Shown here piece after piece: positions 37,804 through 47,423 of a stretch of 64,000 bases of DNA. The position numbers and the translations under genes are program-made. Every line of letters begins with the position of its first letter. Position 1 is the stretch's first letter. Under the pieces are notes generated by a model, which did not search any database, had not been told where the DNA came from, and saw only the letters and a list, made by a program, of their open reading frames with translations. This stretch comes from Patescibacteria group bacterium UBA6220 (lineage in GTDB: Bacteria > Patescibacteriota > Minisyncoccia > Minisyncoccales > Minisyncoccaceae), in assembly GCA_002421745.1 (NCBI GenBank), contig DISC01000006.1, positions 87,610-151,609 of the forward strand, in the 5' to 3' direction.

Positions 37804-38433
37804 TTACTTTAATTTATTTTTAATAATATCTTTGACTATTCCACAAAATATTACCTCATCTTGCCCCATTAAATAAATGGGCTTGTGGATTGGATTCGAG
37901 GAGCTTGGATCTAAATAATAAAGCCCCTCGCTTGTCCGCCTAAAATACTTAACGGTCGCTTCGCTGCCAATTAGAACTACGGCCTTTTCTCCGATATTAG
38001 GCATGGAATTCTGTTTTTTAATTAATAGTAAATCTGAATCATTTATGCCGGCTTTATCCATGCTATCTCCTCTAGCTCTCAAAAAGAAATAGTCCTGCGT
38101 ACCACCAGTTAAATTACCGGCCATATACGGTATATATCCCTGAATATCTTCAACCGCTATATTAGGACTTCCGCAAGCAACCTCCCCAATTAAGGGAATA
38201 CTAAATATCTTCCTAGCAACATCTTTGAAAAATGCTGATAACTTCAATCCTGCTCCTTTTTCTTGTGAAAGGTACCCTTTCTTTTTTAAGGCATTAACAT
38301 GGACCTGGATAGAGCTGGTGGTCTTATATCCCAAACGTTCCCTGACTTCCTCATAAGTTGGTATTTTGCTCGTTTTAGCGTATATATCCTTAATAACGTT
38401 CAAAACTTCCTTTTGTTTACTTGTAATATCCAT
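37804..38433 (-). CDS. LexA/CI-like S24 autopeptidase repressor
   Basis: N-terminal wHTH. Linker IPLIGEVACGSP. Catalytic RGDSM Ser and downstream Lys (EATVKYF). 209 aa. Confidence 0.8.
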   Translation of the reverse strand: MDITSKQKEVLNVIKDIYAKTSKIPTYEEVRERLGYKTTSSIQVHVNALKKKGYLSQEKGAGLKLSAFFKDVARKIFSIPLIGEVACGSPNIAVEDIQGYIPYMAGNLTGGTQDYFFLRARGDSMDKAGINDSDLLLIKKQNSMPNIGEKAVVLIGSEATVKYFRRTSEGLYYLDPSSSNPIHKPIYLMGQDEVIFCGIVKDIIKNKLK

Positions 38434-38472
38434 GGTTTTTTGATATGATATGTATAATCTTTACTTTATTAG

Positions 38473-38501
38473 AGTATACACGAAAACTTATTATCCGTCA
38501 A
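38473..38501 (-). promoter_or_regulatory. Sigma-70-type promoter for the repressor operon
   Basis: Minus-strand TTGACG (38501-38496), exact 17-nt spacer, TATACT (38478-38473). Palindrome TACTTTATTAGAGTA (38462-38476) overlaps the -10. A plus-strand TATAAT lies at 38453-38458. Confidence 0.55.
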
Positions 38502-38519
38502 GCCCTAAATTGACTTCAT

Positions 38520-39344
38520 ATGAAAAAGACGAGAACAATCTACGATTCGGACTATTATAGAATGCAGCTTTTAATCCAAAGCCATGATTTTGTGAATAGA
38601 ACAGAAAAGATGATGAATAATTTTAAAAAAATTGGATATCCCCTGCCACGAGGAGGTTTTAATACTTATAAGGAGTATCTGGATTGGAACGAAAAATACT
38701 TTTTAAAAAGGCAAGAAATTGCAAATAGTAAAGAATTAAGTGATAAAATTGAAAAAATAAAAAATGGCGAAGAGACGGTGGGCCCAGAAAAGTATTACCA
38801 AATAGAAGCATTGAGGAAAAAACACATTCCGCCACTAATCGAAGAATATATTAGCGACATTTTAAATAATGCCGGCATCAATAGAAAAAGTAAAAAATAC
38901 GAATCTTATCAAAGGTTTTTAATATTTAATATATTTTTAAATAAGGAGAAATTTAGCAACCCTCCTTTGATTATTAAGAGGATTAGAAACAAAGATACTG
39001 ATACGCTGGACCTCTTTATTCAAATACTCCCATATACCAGGAAAGAAGATATAGTTAATGCATGGCCATTTATCAAGCAACACCAAAAATTACTGTCTGA
39101 ATATAAAGAAAGAATTAAAGAATATAAAAAATTCCAAAGAGATCTAGACATTTATAACATCTATCAGAAGTTTAAAAACGAGCCCCGGATAGCCTTACAA
39201 AATTCGGCAGACAACAGGATAGATAGCAGGACATGGAATAAAATAAAGGATAAATACGGAGATTTAAGCTGGGAGAATATAAGAAAAATCGTTAGCAATA
39301 TAGAAAACCTCATAAAAAATGTGACTGATAGAGAGTCTTACTAA
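38520..39344 (+). CDS. Hypothetical protein (first gene of the divergent phage-like operon)
   Basis: 274 aa ORF with no recognised motif. Confidence 0.5.
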   Translation: MKKTRTIYDSDYYRMQLLIQSHDFVNRTEKMMNNFKKIGYPLPRGGFNTYKEYLDWNEKYFLKRQEIANSKELSDKIEKIKNGEETVGPEKYYQIEALRKKHIPPLIEEYISDILNNAGINRKSKKYESYQRFLIFNIFLNKEKFSNPPLIIKRIRNKDTDTLDLFIQILPYTRKEDIVNAWPFIKQHQKLLSEYKERIKEYKKFQRDLDIYNIYQKFKNEPRIALQNSADNRIDSRTWNKIKDKYGDLSWENIRKIVSNIENLIKNVTDRESY

Positions 39345-39413
39345 AATACGCGAAGATATTTTAAAGGCATTATAAACTGTAAATATAATAATTACAGTTT
39401 TTATTTTAATAAC

Positions 39414-40748
39414 ATGAAACAAAATATAAAAATAGTAAAAGTTTCTATTGATAAGCTTCGCGCGTCTTCATATAATCCTCGCAGGCTTACCACAGAGCAA
39501 GAAAAACATCTAACTGAAAGCATTGTTCGCTTCGGATTGGTAGACCCAATTATAGTCAATAAACATCCAGGCCGAGAATTTATTGTGATCGGAGGGCATA
39601 TGCGCCTAAGAATAGCTAAAAAGCTCGGCTACAAGGAAGCCCCTGTCGTTTTCCTAGATTTAATAGAAAGCAAAGAGCGAGAACTAAATATCAGATTAAA
39701 TTCTAATTTGGGAGAGTTTGATTTTAATCTTCTTAAGAATTTTGGAGAAGAATTTTTAGCTGATATTGGTTTCTCAAGCGAATCACTTGATCAGATATTT
39801 GAAATAGAAAACACACCAGAGGAATTTAATCTTGAAAAAGAATTAAAGAAGCTTGATATCAAAAATATAGAAGTCAGAAAAGGAGACGTTTATCAGCTTG
39901 GCGACTCAAAATTAAAATGTGGCGATTCAACTATCGAAGAAGATATCATAGATTTAATGGGTGGCGAGAAAGCAAATATGTGTTTTACTGATCCGCCTTA
40001 TATATTAGATTATCTCCACGGCAAGAGCAGGAATGGCAAAGCAACCGAAGGATTCGGTTTAAAGAAAAATAGAAAATATCTTGAAACTGACTTTATTCCA
40101 GATAATTTCTCTGATTTATGGATGGCAAATATTGCCAAAGTGCAAAAGCCTGATTTCTCTATTATTATATTCGAACATCCTAAAAATCTTCGAACCATAT
40201 GGAATGCTCTTGAAAAACATTGGAGATATAGAAATACCATAACATGGCATGTTCCTAATAGAGTTCAAGGATTTTCAGCTAAGTATAAATTTTTTAATAA
40301 GGCGGATATAGCGCTGGTCGGAAGCTCTGGCAACATAAAATTAAACATAGCCCCAGAACCAAACGAATTATTCCAGAATGAATACGAAAATGCAATTTAT
40401 GCCACATCCGGCAAGCCACATTGGGAAGGTTACGAAAAAGGGAAGAAGATGTGCCCTACCGATTTTATAGAGCATATCGCTGCTGATGAAAAATCTTCGG
40501 GGCAAGGCATTATTTTCGGAACAAAACCCCTCGAGCTTCTTATCCCTTATATCAAAGTACTAACTAAGCGAAATGACTTAATCATTGAGCCATTTGGCGG
40601 ATCGGGGTCGACACTAATAGCGGCCACTAAAATGAAGCGCCGTTGTTACATTATGGAGAAATCGCCAGTCTACGCTGAAGTCATCATGAAGCGATGGGAG
40701 AAATTAACAGGATTAAATAGAAAAAAGCATGAAAAACGACAAAAATAA
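39414..40748 (+). CDS. ParB-like nuclease domain fused to an N6/N4 DNA methyltransferase
   Basis: N-terminus NPRRLT...IIVNK...VIGGHMRLRIAKKLG (ParB/Srx). MTase motif IV FTDPPY and motif I EPFGGSGST. Confidence 0.8.
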   Translation: MKQNIKIVKVSIDKLRASSYNPRRLTTEQEKHLTESIVRFGLVDPIIVNKHPGREFIVIGGHMRLRIAKKLGYKEAPVVFLDLIESKERELNIRLNSNLGEFDFNLLKNFGEEFLADIGFSSESLDQIFEIENTPEEFNLEKELKKLDIKNIEVRKGDVYQLGDSKLKCGDSTIEEDIIDLMGGEKANMCFTDPPYILDYLHGKSRNGKATEGFGLKKNRKYLETDFIPDNFSDLWMANIAKVQKPDFSIIIFEHPKNLRTIWNALEKHWRYRNTITWHVPNRVQGFSAKYKFFNKADIALVGSSGNIKLNIAPEPNELFQNEYENAIYATSGKPHWEGYEKGKKMCPTDFIEHIAADEKSSGQGIIFGTKPLELLIPYIKVLTKRNDLIIEPFGGSGSTLIAATKMKRRCYIMEKSPVYAEVIMKRWEKLTGLNRKKHEKRQK

Positions 40749-41148
40749 ACAATCTCTTTTAAATCAATTAAAGGAAACTCCGATTATTAATTTTGCTTGC
40801 AAGAAAACAGGAATCGGGCGAGCAACATATTACCATTGGCGCGAAGATAAAGAATTCGCAAAAATTGCCGATGAAGCAATAATAGAAGGAGAAGCTTTTA
40901 TTACTGACATGAGCGAATCTCAATTAATTTCTATGATTCGCGATCGTAACTTTCAAGCCATTCAGCTCTGGCTTAGACATCATCATGCTAAATATAGCCA
41001 AAAGATAGAAATAACGGCTAACGTTTCTCAACAAGATGAATTAACCCCAGAACAAGAATCAGTAGTTCGAGAAGCTCTACGCCTAGCATCATTAATTCCT
41101 AGCGATAAAACAGACGATAATGACCCAAACAAACTACCAACAAATTAG
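40729..41148 (+). CDS. Terminase small-subunit-like HTH protein
   Basis: HTH ACKKTGIGRATYYHWRED. Overlaps both the upstream methylase gene and the downstream TerL gene. Confidence 0.5.
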   Translation: MKNDKNKQSLLNQLKETPIINFACKKTGIGRATYYHWREDKEFAKIADEAIIEGEAFITDMSESQLISMIRDRNFQAIQLWLRHHHAKYSQKIEITANVSQQDELTPEQESVVREALRLASLIPSDKTDDNDPNKLPTN

Positions 41149-42589
41149 TAAAGGATACGATTGCAATCACCTGCCGAAAGAATTAGTCGATCGGATGATC
41201 AAAGATCGCAAAGTTAGGGTTGCCGTTTGCAAGCAAAGCTTCTTCATATTTTTTCATTTCTATTTCGCACATTATGTAACCTATGAAACAGCTTCGTTCC
41301 ATCGCGAGATATTTCATCTTATAGAAAACAATAATGAAAATCTTTTTGTAATTGCTTTTCGAGGATCGGGAAAATCAACAATTCTTACAACCGCCTACCC
41401 TATCTGGGCAATACTAGGCAATCAGCAAAAAAAGTTTGTGCTTATTCTTTGTCAGACACGAAGCCAAGCAAAGCAACACATGATGAACTTAAGGCGAGAA
41501 CTTGAAGATAACGAACTTCTTAAAGATGACCTTGGGCCCTTTCAAGAGGAAAACGATGAGTGGGGATCTTCATCTCTTGTTTTTTCAAAATTAAACGTAC
41601 GTATTACCACCGCTTCTACAGAACAAAGTATTAGGGGGTTAAGGCATAATCAATACCGTCCAGACCTCATAATTGGCGACGATGTTGAGGACATTGCCTC
41701 CACCAAAACAAAAGATAGTAGGCAGAAAACGTACCAATGGCTTACAGGAGAAGTGATTCCTGCTGGGGATAAAAATACCAGACTTACTATAGTCGGAAAC
41801 CTTCTCCATGAAGACTCTCTTCTTATGCATTTAAAACAAGATGTAAATGATGGCAAAATCAATGGCTTGTTTAAGGCATATCCACTACTTGATGAAACTG
41901 GCGCAATTGCGTGGCCTGGAAAATATCCAACAGAAAACGATATCGAGAATGAGAAGAAAAGAGCTGGAAATGAAATTGCGTGGCAAAGAGAATATCTCCT
42001 TAGAATTGTTTCAGATGCGGGAAGAGTTGTCCATCCGGAATGGATTCATTATTATGACCCTGAAAAAGATATACCCAGCGACGAATATTTTTCAGAAACC
42101 TACATTGGCGTTGATTTAGCCATATCAGAAAAAGATAGCGCAGATCGCACCGCTATGGTTGTAATTAAAATTTATCAGACAGGAGACAAATGTATCGCCT
42201 ATGTTTTACCTTTCCCCTTTAACAAAAATGTAGGTTTTCCAGATCAAGTAAGGCAAATTAAAAATCTAATAAAAACTTACCGATACTCTAAAATATTTGT
42301 CGAAAAGGTCGCCTATCAAGAGTCAATTATCCAGCACTGCCAAAGCTTAGGAATCGAAGTTGAAGGAATTCCTCCGCGCGGAGAGAAGCGCGAGAGGATT
42401 GCACTCACTACTGCAGCGATAAAAGCTGGAATCATTAGGTTTCCCCGAAAAGGAGCCGAAGAACTTATTACTCAGCTTACTGATTTCGGCGTGGAAAGAT
42501 ACGATGATCTCGCGGACGCTTTTTCTCTTGTAGTAAACCAATTTATCATATATTCCAATGAGCCCACCCCTAGCGCTGAATGGCTCTAA
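41120..42589 (+). CDS. Phage terminase large subunit
   Basis: Walker A AFRGSGKST, Walker B-like LIIGDDVED, and a C-terminal RNase-H-like nuclease half (IGVDLA...DDLADAF). Confidence 0.75.
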   Translation: MTQTNYQQISKGYDCNHLPKELVDRMIKDRKVRVAVCKQSFFIFFHFYFAHYVTYETASFHREIFHLIENNNENLFVIAFRGSGKSTILTTAYPIWAILGNQQKKFVLILCQTRSQAKQHMMNLRRELEDNELLKDDLGPFQEENDEWGSSSLVFSKLNVRITTASTEQSIRGLRHNQYRPDLIIGDDVEDIASTKTKDSRQKTYQWLTGEVIPAGDKNTRLTIVGNLLHEDSLLMHLKQDVNDGKINGLFKAYPLLDETGAIAWPGKYPTENDIENEKKRAGNEIAWQREYLLRIVSDAGRVVHPEWIHYYDPEKDIPSDEYFSETYIGVDLAISEKDSADRTAMVVIKIYQTGDKCIAYVLPFPFNKNVGFPDQVRQIKNLIKTYRYSKIFVEKVAYQESIIQHCQSLGIEVEGIPPRGEKRERIALTTAAIKAGIIRFPRKGAEELITQLTDFGVERYDDLADAFSLVVNQFIIYSNEPTPSAEWL

Positions 42590-42594
42590 CTTTA

Positions 42595-44046
42595 TTACTG
42601 ACGCGTAAGAGTAATATTAACTACTGGTTGTGTATTATTAGCTCCTGGAGTGTCCGTGACAACCTCTACCCCATCTGCCCCTATATATCTTGCGTAATTA
42701 TTCGTAAGCTGGAAAGTTATTCCCTCAGCAGGAATATTATTAGGGCTTCCGAAATCAAGCTCTACGGTTTGCAATCTGCTACTATATGCATCGACTTTTC
42801 CGCCAATATCTTTGGTTATTGTATTGTTGTTTGCATTTTTAATGATGGATGAGGCGTTTGGTGAAATTGTAAATCTTGCCTCTTCTGGCTCAATATCATT
42901 CTCGAGTGCGGAAACTTTAAATCTTACTAGCATGGCTTGGCCATCGCTACTTACTTTTTGTTCTATAGAAGAAGGCCCGTCCACAGAAATCATTAAAATA
43001 CCTGGAGTTTTAATGTATACTGATTTTTCTGTTTGTACGCCATTCGCAATGCATTTTAACTTAAATGTAATTGGCGAGCTAATAACGACGTCCTTATTTC
43101 CGTCGGAGGCGACGACTTGGTCATTCGCTGTGCATTGTAATGCTTCTCCAGTTGCAACTGTAGCCGTCCAAGCTAATTTTACAGTGCTGTTAGGCTTTAC
43201 TATAAAAGAATCTACCTCATTACCGTTAGTTTTAATAGAGATTGCTGGAATTGCGGATACAACTTTCACAGCGGTTGTTTTACTCATCGAAGATCCGTCG
43301 GTTGATCCGCATATAAGAGTATATGAATAATCTCCCGCTTTCGTATATTGAAGCTTTTCTGATCCGTTTGCATTTTTAACTCCACTCCAATTTCCTGAGG
43401 CTACGCAGTTTGTAATATTTTGCGAATGCCATGATAGGTTTGCATACGTAGGACCGTTAAGTACTACTGTTGGCACTTGGTCGAAATAAAGACTGGCAGA
43501 GGAGGTAGCACTTGTTGCTGGTGTATCCACTGTTTCAGAAGTTGAGGATTGGGTTGTTTGCTGTGGCTGTTGAGTATTTTGAGTTTGCTGTTGGATTACT
43601 GACTGTGATTGCTGGCTATTTTGTTTTTGGCTGTTTAATAGTTTTTGTAATAAAGCTATTAAATTTTCCCTAGAAATATCACCGGTTGTCGATGATGTTG
43701 TAGCTATCGGAGTAGTTGTTCCAGTTTCGGTAGTAGCCTGTTGATTAGAAGATTGTAGATTTTTAGCTAAAATATCGTTAACTTTTTGCCTTGAAAGACT
43801 TCCAAAGTAGCCTGTTGATGGCAAGCTATTTGCAGTTTGAAACTTTTTAACAGCTGACAATGTAAGAGAATAATAATTACCAGTAGCTTCTCCAGTTAAA
43901 TATCCCTGATCAATTAGGAATTCTTGTAATTCCTTAACCTGTGAATCGTTTTGTAAACCATAGGAAAGATTTTTATCTATAGAGGCACTTACAAACATAA
44001 TGGGTGCAAGCAAGAATAACGATAAGATAATATTTATTTTTTTCAT
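42595..44046 (-). CDS. Secreted peptidoglycan-binding-domain protein with Q-rich linker and Ig-like repeats
   Basis: Signal peptide from the ATG at 44046 (MKKINIILSLFLLAPIMFVSA). PG_binding_1-like VKELQEFLIDQGYL...AVKKFQ. Confidence 0.65.
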   Translation of the reverse strand: MKKINIILSLFLLAPIMFVSASIDKNLSYGLQNDSQVKELQEFLIDQGYLTGEATGNYYSLTLSAVKKFQTANSLPSTGYFGSLSRQKVNDILAKNLQSSNQQATTETGTTTPIATTSSTTGDISRENLIALLQKLLNSQKQNSQQSQSVIQQQTQNTQQPQQTTQSSTSETVDTPATSATSSASLYFDQVPTVVLNGPTYANLSWHSQNITNCVASGNWSGVKNANGSEKLQYTKAGDYSYTLICGSTDGSSMSKTTAVKVVSAIPAISIKTNGNEVDSFIVKPNSTVKLAWTATVATGEALQCTANDQVVASDGNKDVVISSPITFKLKCIANGVQTEKSVYIKTPGILMISVDGPSSIEQKVSSDGQAMLVRFKVSALENDIEPEEARFTISPNASSIIKNANNNTITKDIGGKVDAYSSRLQTVELDFGSPNNIPAEGITFQLTNNYARYIGADGVEVVTDTPGANNTQPVVNITLTRQ

Positions 44047-44388
44047 ATTTTTAAAATAGTTAATAAATTGACAGATTATGTCGACAAATAATCCTTCCTG
44101 TGGCGTTTTATATACAAAAAGCCCACCACAGGTAGTGACCGAAGCCACTCATACCGGTTTCCCGATATGGCGATCAAGCGACCCCATGATGGGTTCTTTA
44201 TTCTTGATCGACTTTTGACCATGCCCTTGAAATTCAAAGGTTTAGGCCTGCTATTAAATTGTGATTACATAATAGCTCAAAAGCTAAAAATTGTGTAGTC
44301 TTTCAGTCTCCAGTTTGTCTACATCTAGGGTCTGGACTTCCTTGCCATATTGCGACATCTGTATAGGTAAGAGAATAAAAGACAAAAT

Positions 44389-45663
44389 ATGACAGACACA
44401 AAGTACTGCCTTTATGCAAGGAAATCAACAGAATCAGATGAAACCCAGGCTCTTTCCATCGATTCTCAAATCAAGGAAATGCTAGAATTGGCGAAAAGAG
44501 ACAACCTTAATGTAATCGAAATAAAACAAGAAAAGCACTCGGCCAAAGAAGTAGGCCAAAGGCCGGTTTTTAATGAGGTCATCAAAGAGATAAGAGAGGA
44601 AAAGTTTAATGGAATTTTAACATGGGCGCCAGATAGAATAGCCAGAAATGCTGGAGACTTGGGAACGGTCGTAGATATGATGGACAACGGAAAGCTGAAA
44701 GAAATACGAACCTACGGACAATCTTTCGGCAATTCCCCTAACGATAAGTTCCTATTAATGATCCTCGGATCCCAAGCCAAGCTGGAAAATGACAATAAGT
44801 CGGTAAACGTCAAAAGAGGCATGAAAGCCAAGTGTGCCATGGGATGGCGTCCTGGAATGGCACCTCTGGGGTATTTAACGAACAGAGAGGGCATTAAGGG
44901 CCAAAGAAAGATATTTATAGACACGGTCAGGTCTCCCATAATCAAGCAAATGTTCGAAAAAACGGCTTTCGAGAAATACAGCGGAAGGAAGCTGTATAAT
45001 TGGCTGATATCAATCAATTTCGCAACCAGAACCGGAAAGAGAGTGACATTAAGTTCAGTGTACACCATATTGAAGAACAGCTTCTATTATGGAAAGTTCG
45101 AATACCCTGTCGGAAGCGGATCGTGGTATGACGGCCTGCATGAACCGATAATTACCAAAGATTTATTCGATAAAGTCCAAGAGCAAATAACAAGCCAGAA
45201 TGCCAGATGCGAAGACAAGGAATTCGCCTTCACTAGATTGATGAAATGCGGATTATGCGGATCAGGAATAACCGGAGAAGAGAAGCATAGAAAGCTCAAG
45301 AATGGGTCATTCAATGTACACGTCTATTATGGGTGCACCAGATACAACGACACCTATTGCAAGTGCGGATACATAAGAGAGGAGGATTTGATTGAGCAGC
45401 TTTCCGGAATGATGGACGAGCTCATCATGGACGGATCGGAGGTAAAGCAAAAAATAGAATGTGAAATTAAAAGATACAAGAAATTCAGGTACGGCGTCCT
45501 AGGACTGAAAGAATCTAATGAAAAAATAGAAGAAACTCTGGATCACAAAAAGTACGCTCGATATATCCTATCGCAAGGAACAATCGAAGAAAAAAGGGAG
45601 TTGATATCCTTCCTTAAGGGAAAGATATTTATAGCAAACGGGAAAGTCTCTATTGGCGATTGA
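44389..45663 (+). CDS. Large serine recombinase
   Basis: N-terminal resolvase catalytic region YARKSTESDETQALSIDSQ and DRIARN. Recombinase domain. Zn-ribbon CGLCGSG...YYGC. Confidence 0.85.
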   Translation: MTDTKYCLYARKSTESDETQALSIDSQIKEMLELAKRDNLNVIEIKQEKHSAKEVGQRPVFNEVIKEIREEKFNGILTWAPDRIARNAGDLGTVVDMMDNGKLKEIRTYGQSFGNSPNDKFLLMILGSQAKLENDNKSVNVKRGMKAKCAMGWRPGMAPLGYLTNREGIKGQRKIFIDTVRSPIIKQMFEKTAFEKYSGRKLYNWLISINFATRTGKRVTLSSVYTILKNSFYYGKFEYPVGSGSWYDGLHEPIITKDLFDKVQEQITSQNARCEDKEFAFTRLMKCGLCGSGITGEEKHRKLKNGSFNVHVYYGCTRYNDTYCKCGYIREEDLIEQLSGMMDELIMDGSEVKQKIECEIKRYKKFRYGVLGLKESNEKIEETLDHKKYARYILSQGTIEEKRELISFLKGKIFIANGKVSIGD

Positions 45664-45664
45664 A

Positions 45665-47272
45665 TTATAAGTCTATATGTTCTATCGGAGTTGCGGTGTA
45701 CCCAACGACTTCGTCCGCTTCTGCAAAACTTTTAGATCCAGTAGCGATAACCCCAACAACCTCATTTTTGTTATTAAGCAACGGACTCCCACTCATCCCT
45801 CCTGTAAAAGGCTTATCTAATACAATTCTGGGAAGATAAAATCTTTCTTTGAAAGAAACTACTTTTGTTTCATAGAAAAAAGGTTCTTTGTTCGAATACA
45901 ATAAAGGAAATCCTATACCCAACAAAGAATCTCTTTTATTTACTTGATTATTGCTTTTTTTAAATTCCGGGAATCTAATACCTTCTTCAAATTGTAGAAT
46001 AGCTAAATCAATGCCAAATCTATTCCTTAAAAGATGGAGAGGGTATTTTTTACTAGGATTTTTTGGTCTATATGCAATAATTTTACCACCAATTCCAATA
46101 ACATGAGAACATGTTATCATTCCATATCCCTCCAATAAAAACCCCGTTCCCTGTTCCCAATCATTTACCTCTATAATCCAAATATATTCTTCTAAGGTTT
46201 TATTTTCATTAAGCTCAAGTTCGGGGAAACCATTTTTTGCTATGCTATTATATTTATTAATTAATTTCTTATAAATATTGTCTCTACTTCCTCTTACCAT
46301 TCTTACGAAATTAATTTTTCCTAATATTACCTGCTCAAAATTCCCGTCCGTTTTGTATGGACTTTTATCTTTATTTTTTCTACATAAAAAATACTCTGAT
46401 TTAGATTTTTCGATCCCATAATGCTCCCAATTATATAACATAACTCTAATCTCTCTAATATAATCCCTTTTGATGTTCGGAAATTTATTAGTAGTTAGTC
46501 CAGTAACTTCTTGTCTCGCTGAAGGAAACGACATCCTCGTCTTTGCTCTATTGATCGAAAACCAATTAGAAGCAATAATTGCTTCTAAGTCTTTTCCCAG
46601 AATAATACTTGATCTCTCTACGGTGGCAATATTTTTAGGAAAATTACCGTTCCAGCTAGAAAAAGTTATATCATCAGCATATCGCGTGTAAAGAATGTTA
46701 TTTTTGTTAGCTAGTTTTTGCATTTGTCCATCCAATCTAGAACAAATCAAGTTAGAAATAATTGGAGATGTCGGCGCTCCTTGAGGTAACTCATTGTTTA
46801 GCGTACAAATTTGTGCTAAAACTGCTGCAACTTTTTTAGGCAAACTAAATGGCTCAGAAGTGAAAAGTCCCATAACTCTAGGAAAAGTTATCGATGGAAA
46901 AAAATTTTCTAAATCAAAATTAAGAACAACCTTTTTACCACAATGAACAGCGGCATTTGTCACAATGCTTTTATCCTTACAAAATCCATGTACCGACGGT
47001 CTTAATCTGGATCCATAAACTAAACTTAAAACCACTGATAATTTTTGCTGTATAATTTTTAAAGAAGTAATTGGGGTGCGTATAGTCCTGGTACCTCCTG
47101 ATTTCTTTTTTATTTCAAAAGATTTATAATTTAATTCTATCTTTTTACCATAAATCAAATAAAGCAAAGTCTTTTTATTAACATCTAGTAGCTCACAAAA
47201 AGCATCAATATTATTGAGTTTTAAAAATTTATCCAATAATTGACTAGCGTTAAATTTTAATTCTTTATCCAT
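45665..47272 (-). CDS. Retron-type reverse transcriptase fused to a C-terminal trypsin-like serine protease
   Basis: KKSGGTRTIRTP, NAAVH, LNFDLENFFPSI, LPQGAPTSPIISN, YADD, NRAKT, VTGLTT. Then protease His (TCSHVIG), Asp (DLAIL) and Ser (GGMSGSPLLN). ATG at 47272 with an AAGGA RBS is preferred over the TTG at 47314. Confidence 0.8.
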   Translation of the reverse strand: MDKELKFNASQLLDKFLKLNNIDAFCELLDVNKKTLLYLIYGKKIELNYKSFEIKKKSGGTRTIRTPITSLKIIQQKLSVVLSLVYGSRLRPSVHGFCKDKSIVTNAAVHCGKKVVLNFDLENFFPSITFPRVMGLFTSEPFSLPKKVAAVLAQICTLNNELPQGAPTSPIISNLICSRLDGQMQKLANKNNILYTRYADDITFSSWNGNFPKNIATVERSSIILGKDLEAIIASNWFSINRAKTRMSFPSARQEVTGLTTNKFPNIKRDYIREIRVMLYNWEHYGIEKSKSEYFLCRKNKDKSPYKTDGNFEQVILGKINFVRMVRGSRDNIYKKLINKYNSIAKNGFPELELNENKTLEEYIWIIEVNDWEQGTGFLLEGYGMITCSHVIGIGGKIIAYRPKNPSKKYPLHLLRNRFGIDLAILQFEEGIRFPEFKKSNNQVNKRDSLLGIGFPLLYSNKEPFFYETKVVSFKERFYLPRIVLDKPFTGGMSGSPLLNNKNEVVGVIATGSKSFAEADEVVGYTATPIEHIDL

Positions 47273-47282
47273 ATTTTCCTTA

Positions 47283-47423
47283 AAAAGAGAGCCCGCAGAG
47301 TTCTCCCTTTGCAAAAGCGGTCATACTATTACAACACGGTAATAACATGAAGGGGCACTAAAGTAAACCGTTTACTATTCTATTGCGAAACACAATAGCA
47401 ATCAAATCGCAGAGCTCTCTTTT
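47283..47423 (-). ncRNA. Candidate retron msr/msd non-coding RNA
   Basis: 10-bp inverted repeat AAAAGAGAGC (47423-47414, minus sense) / GCTCTCTTTT (47292-47283) encloses about 120 nt with three hairpins (47380-47398, 47363-47375, 47327-47344). It lies immediately upstream of the RT start. Confidence 0.4.

Noticed and set aside
38462-38476. A canonical LexA SOS box in the repressor promoter.
   Set aside because: Neither CTGT-N8-ACAG nor GAAC-N4-GTTC is present. Only a weak TACT-N7-AGTA palindrome overlaps the -10, so the operator assignment stays speculative.
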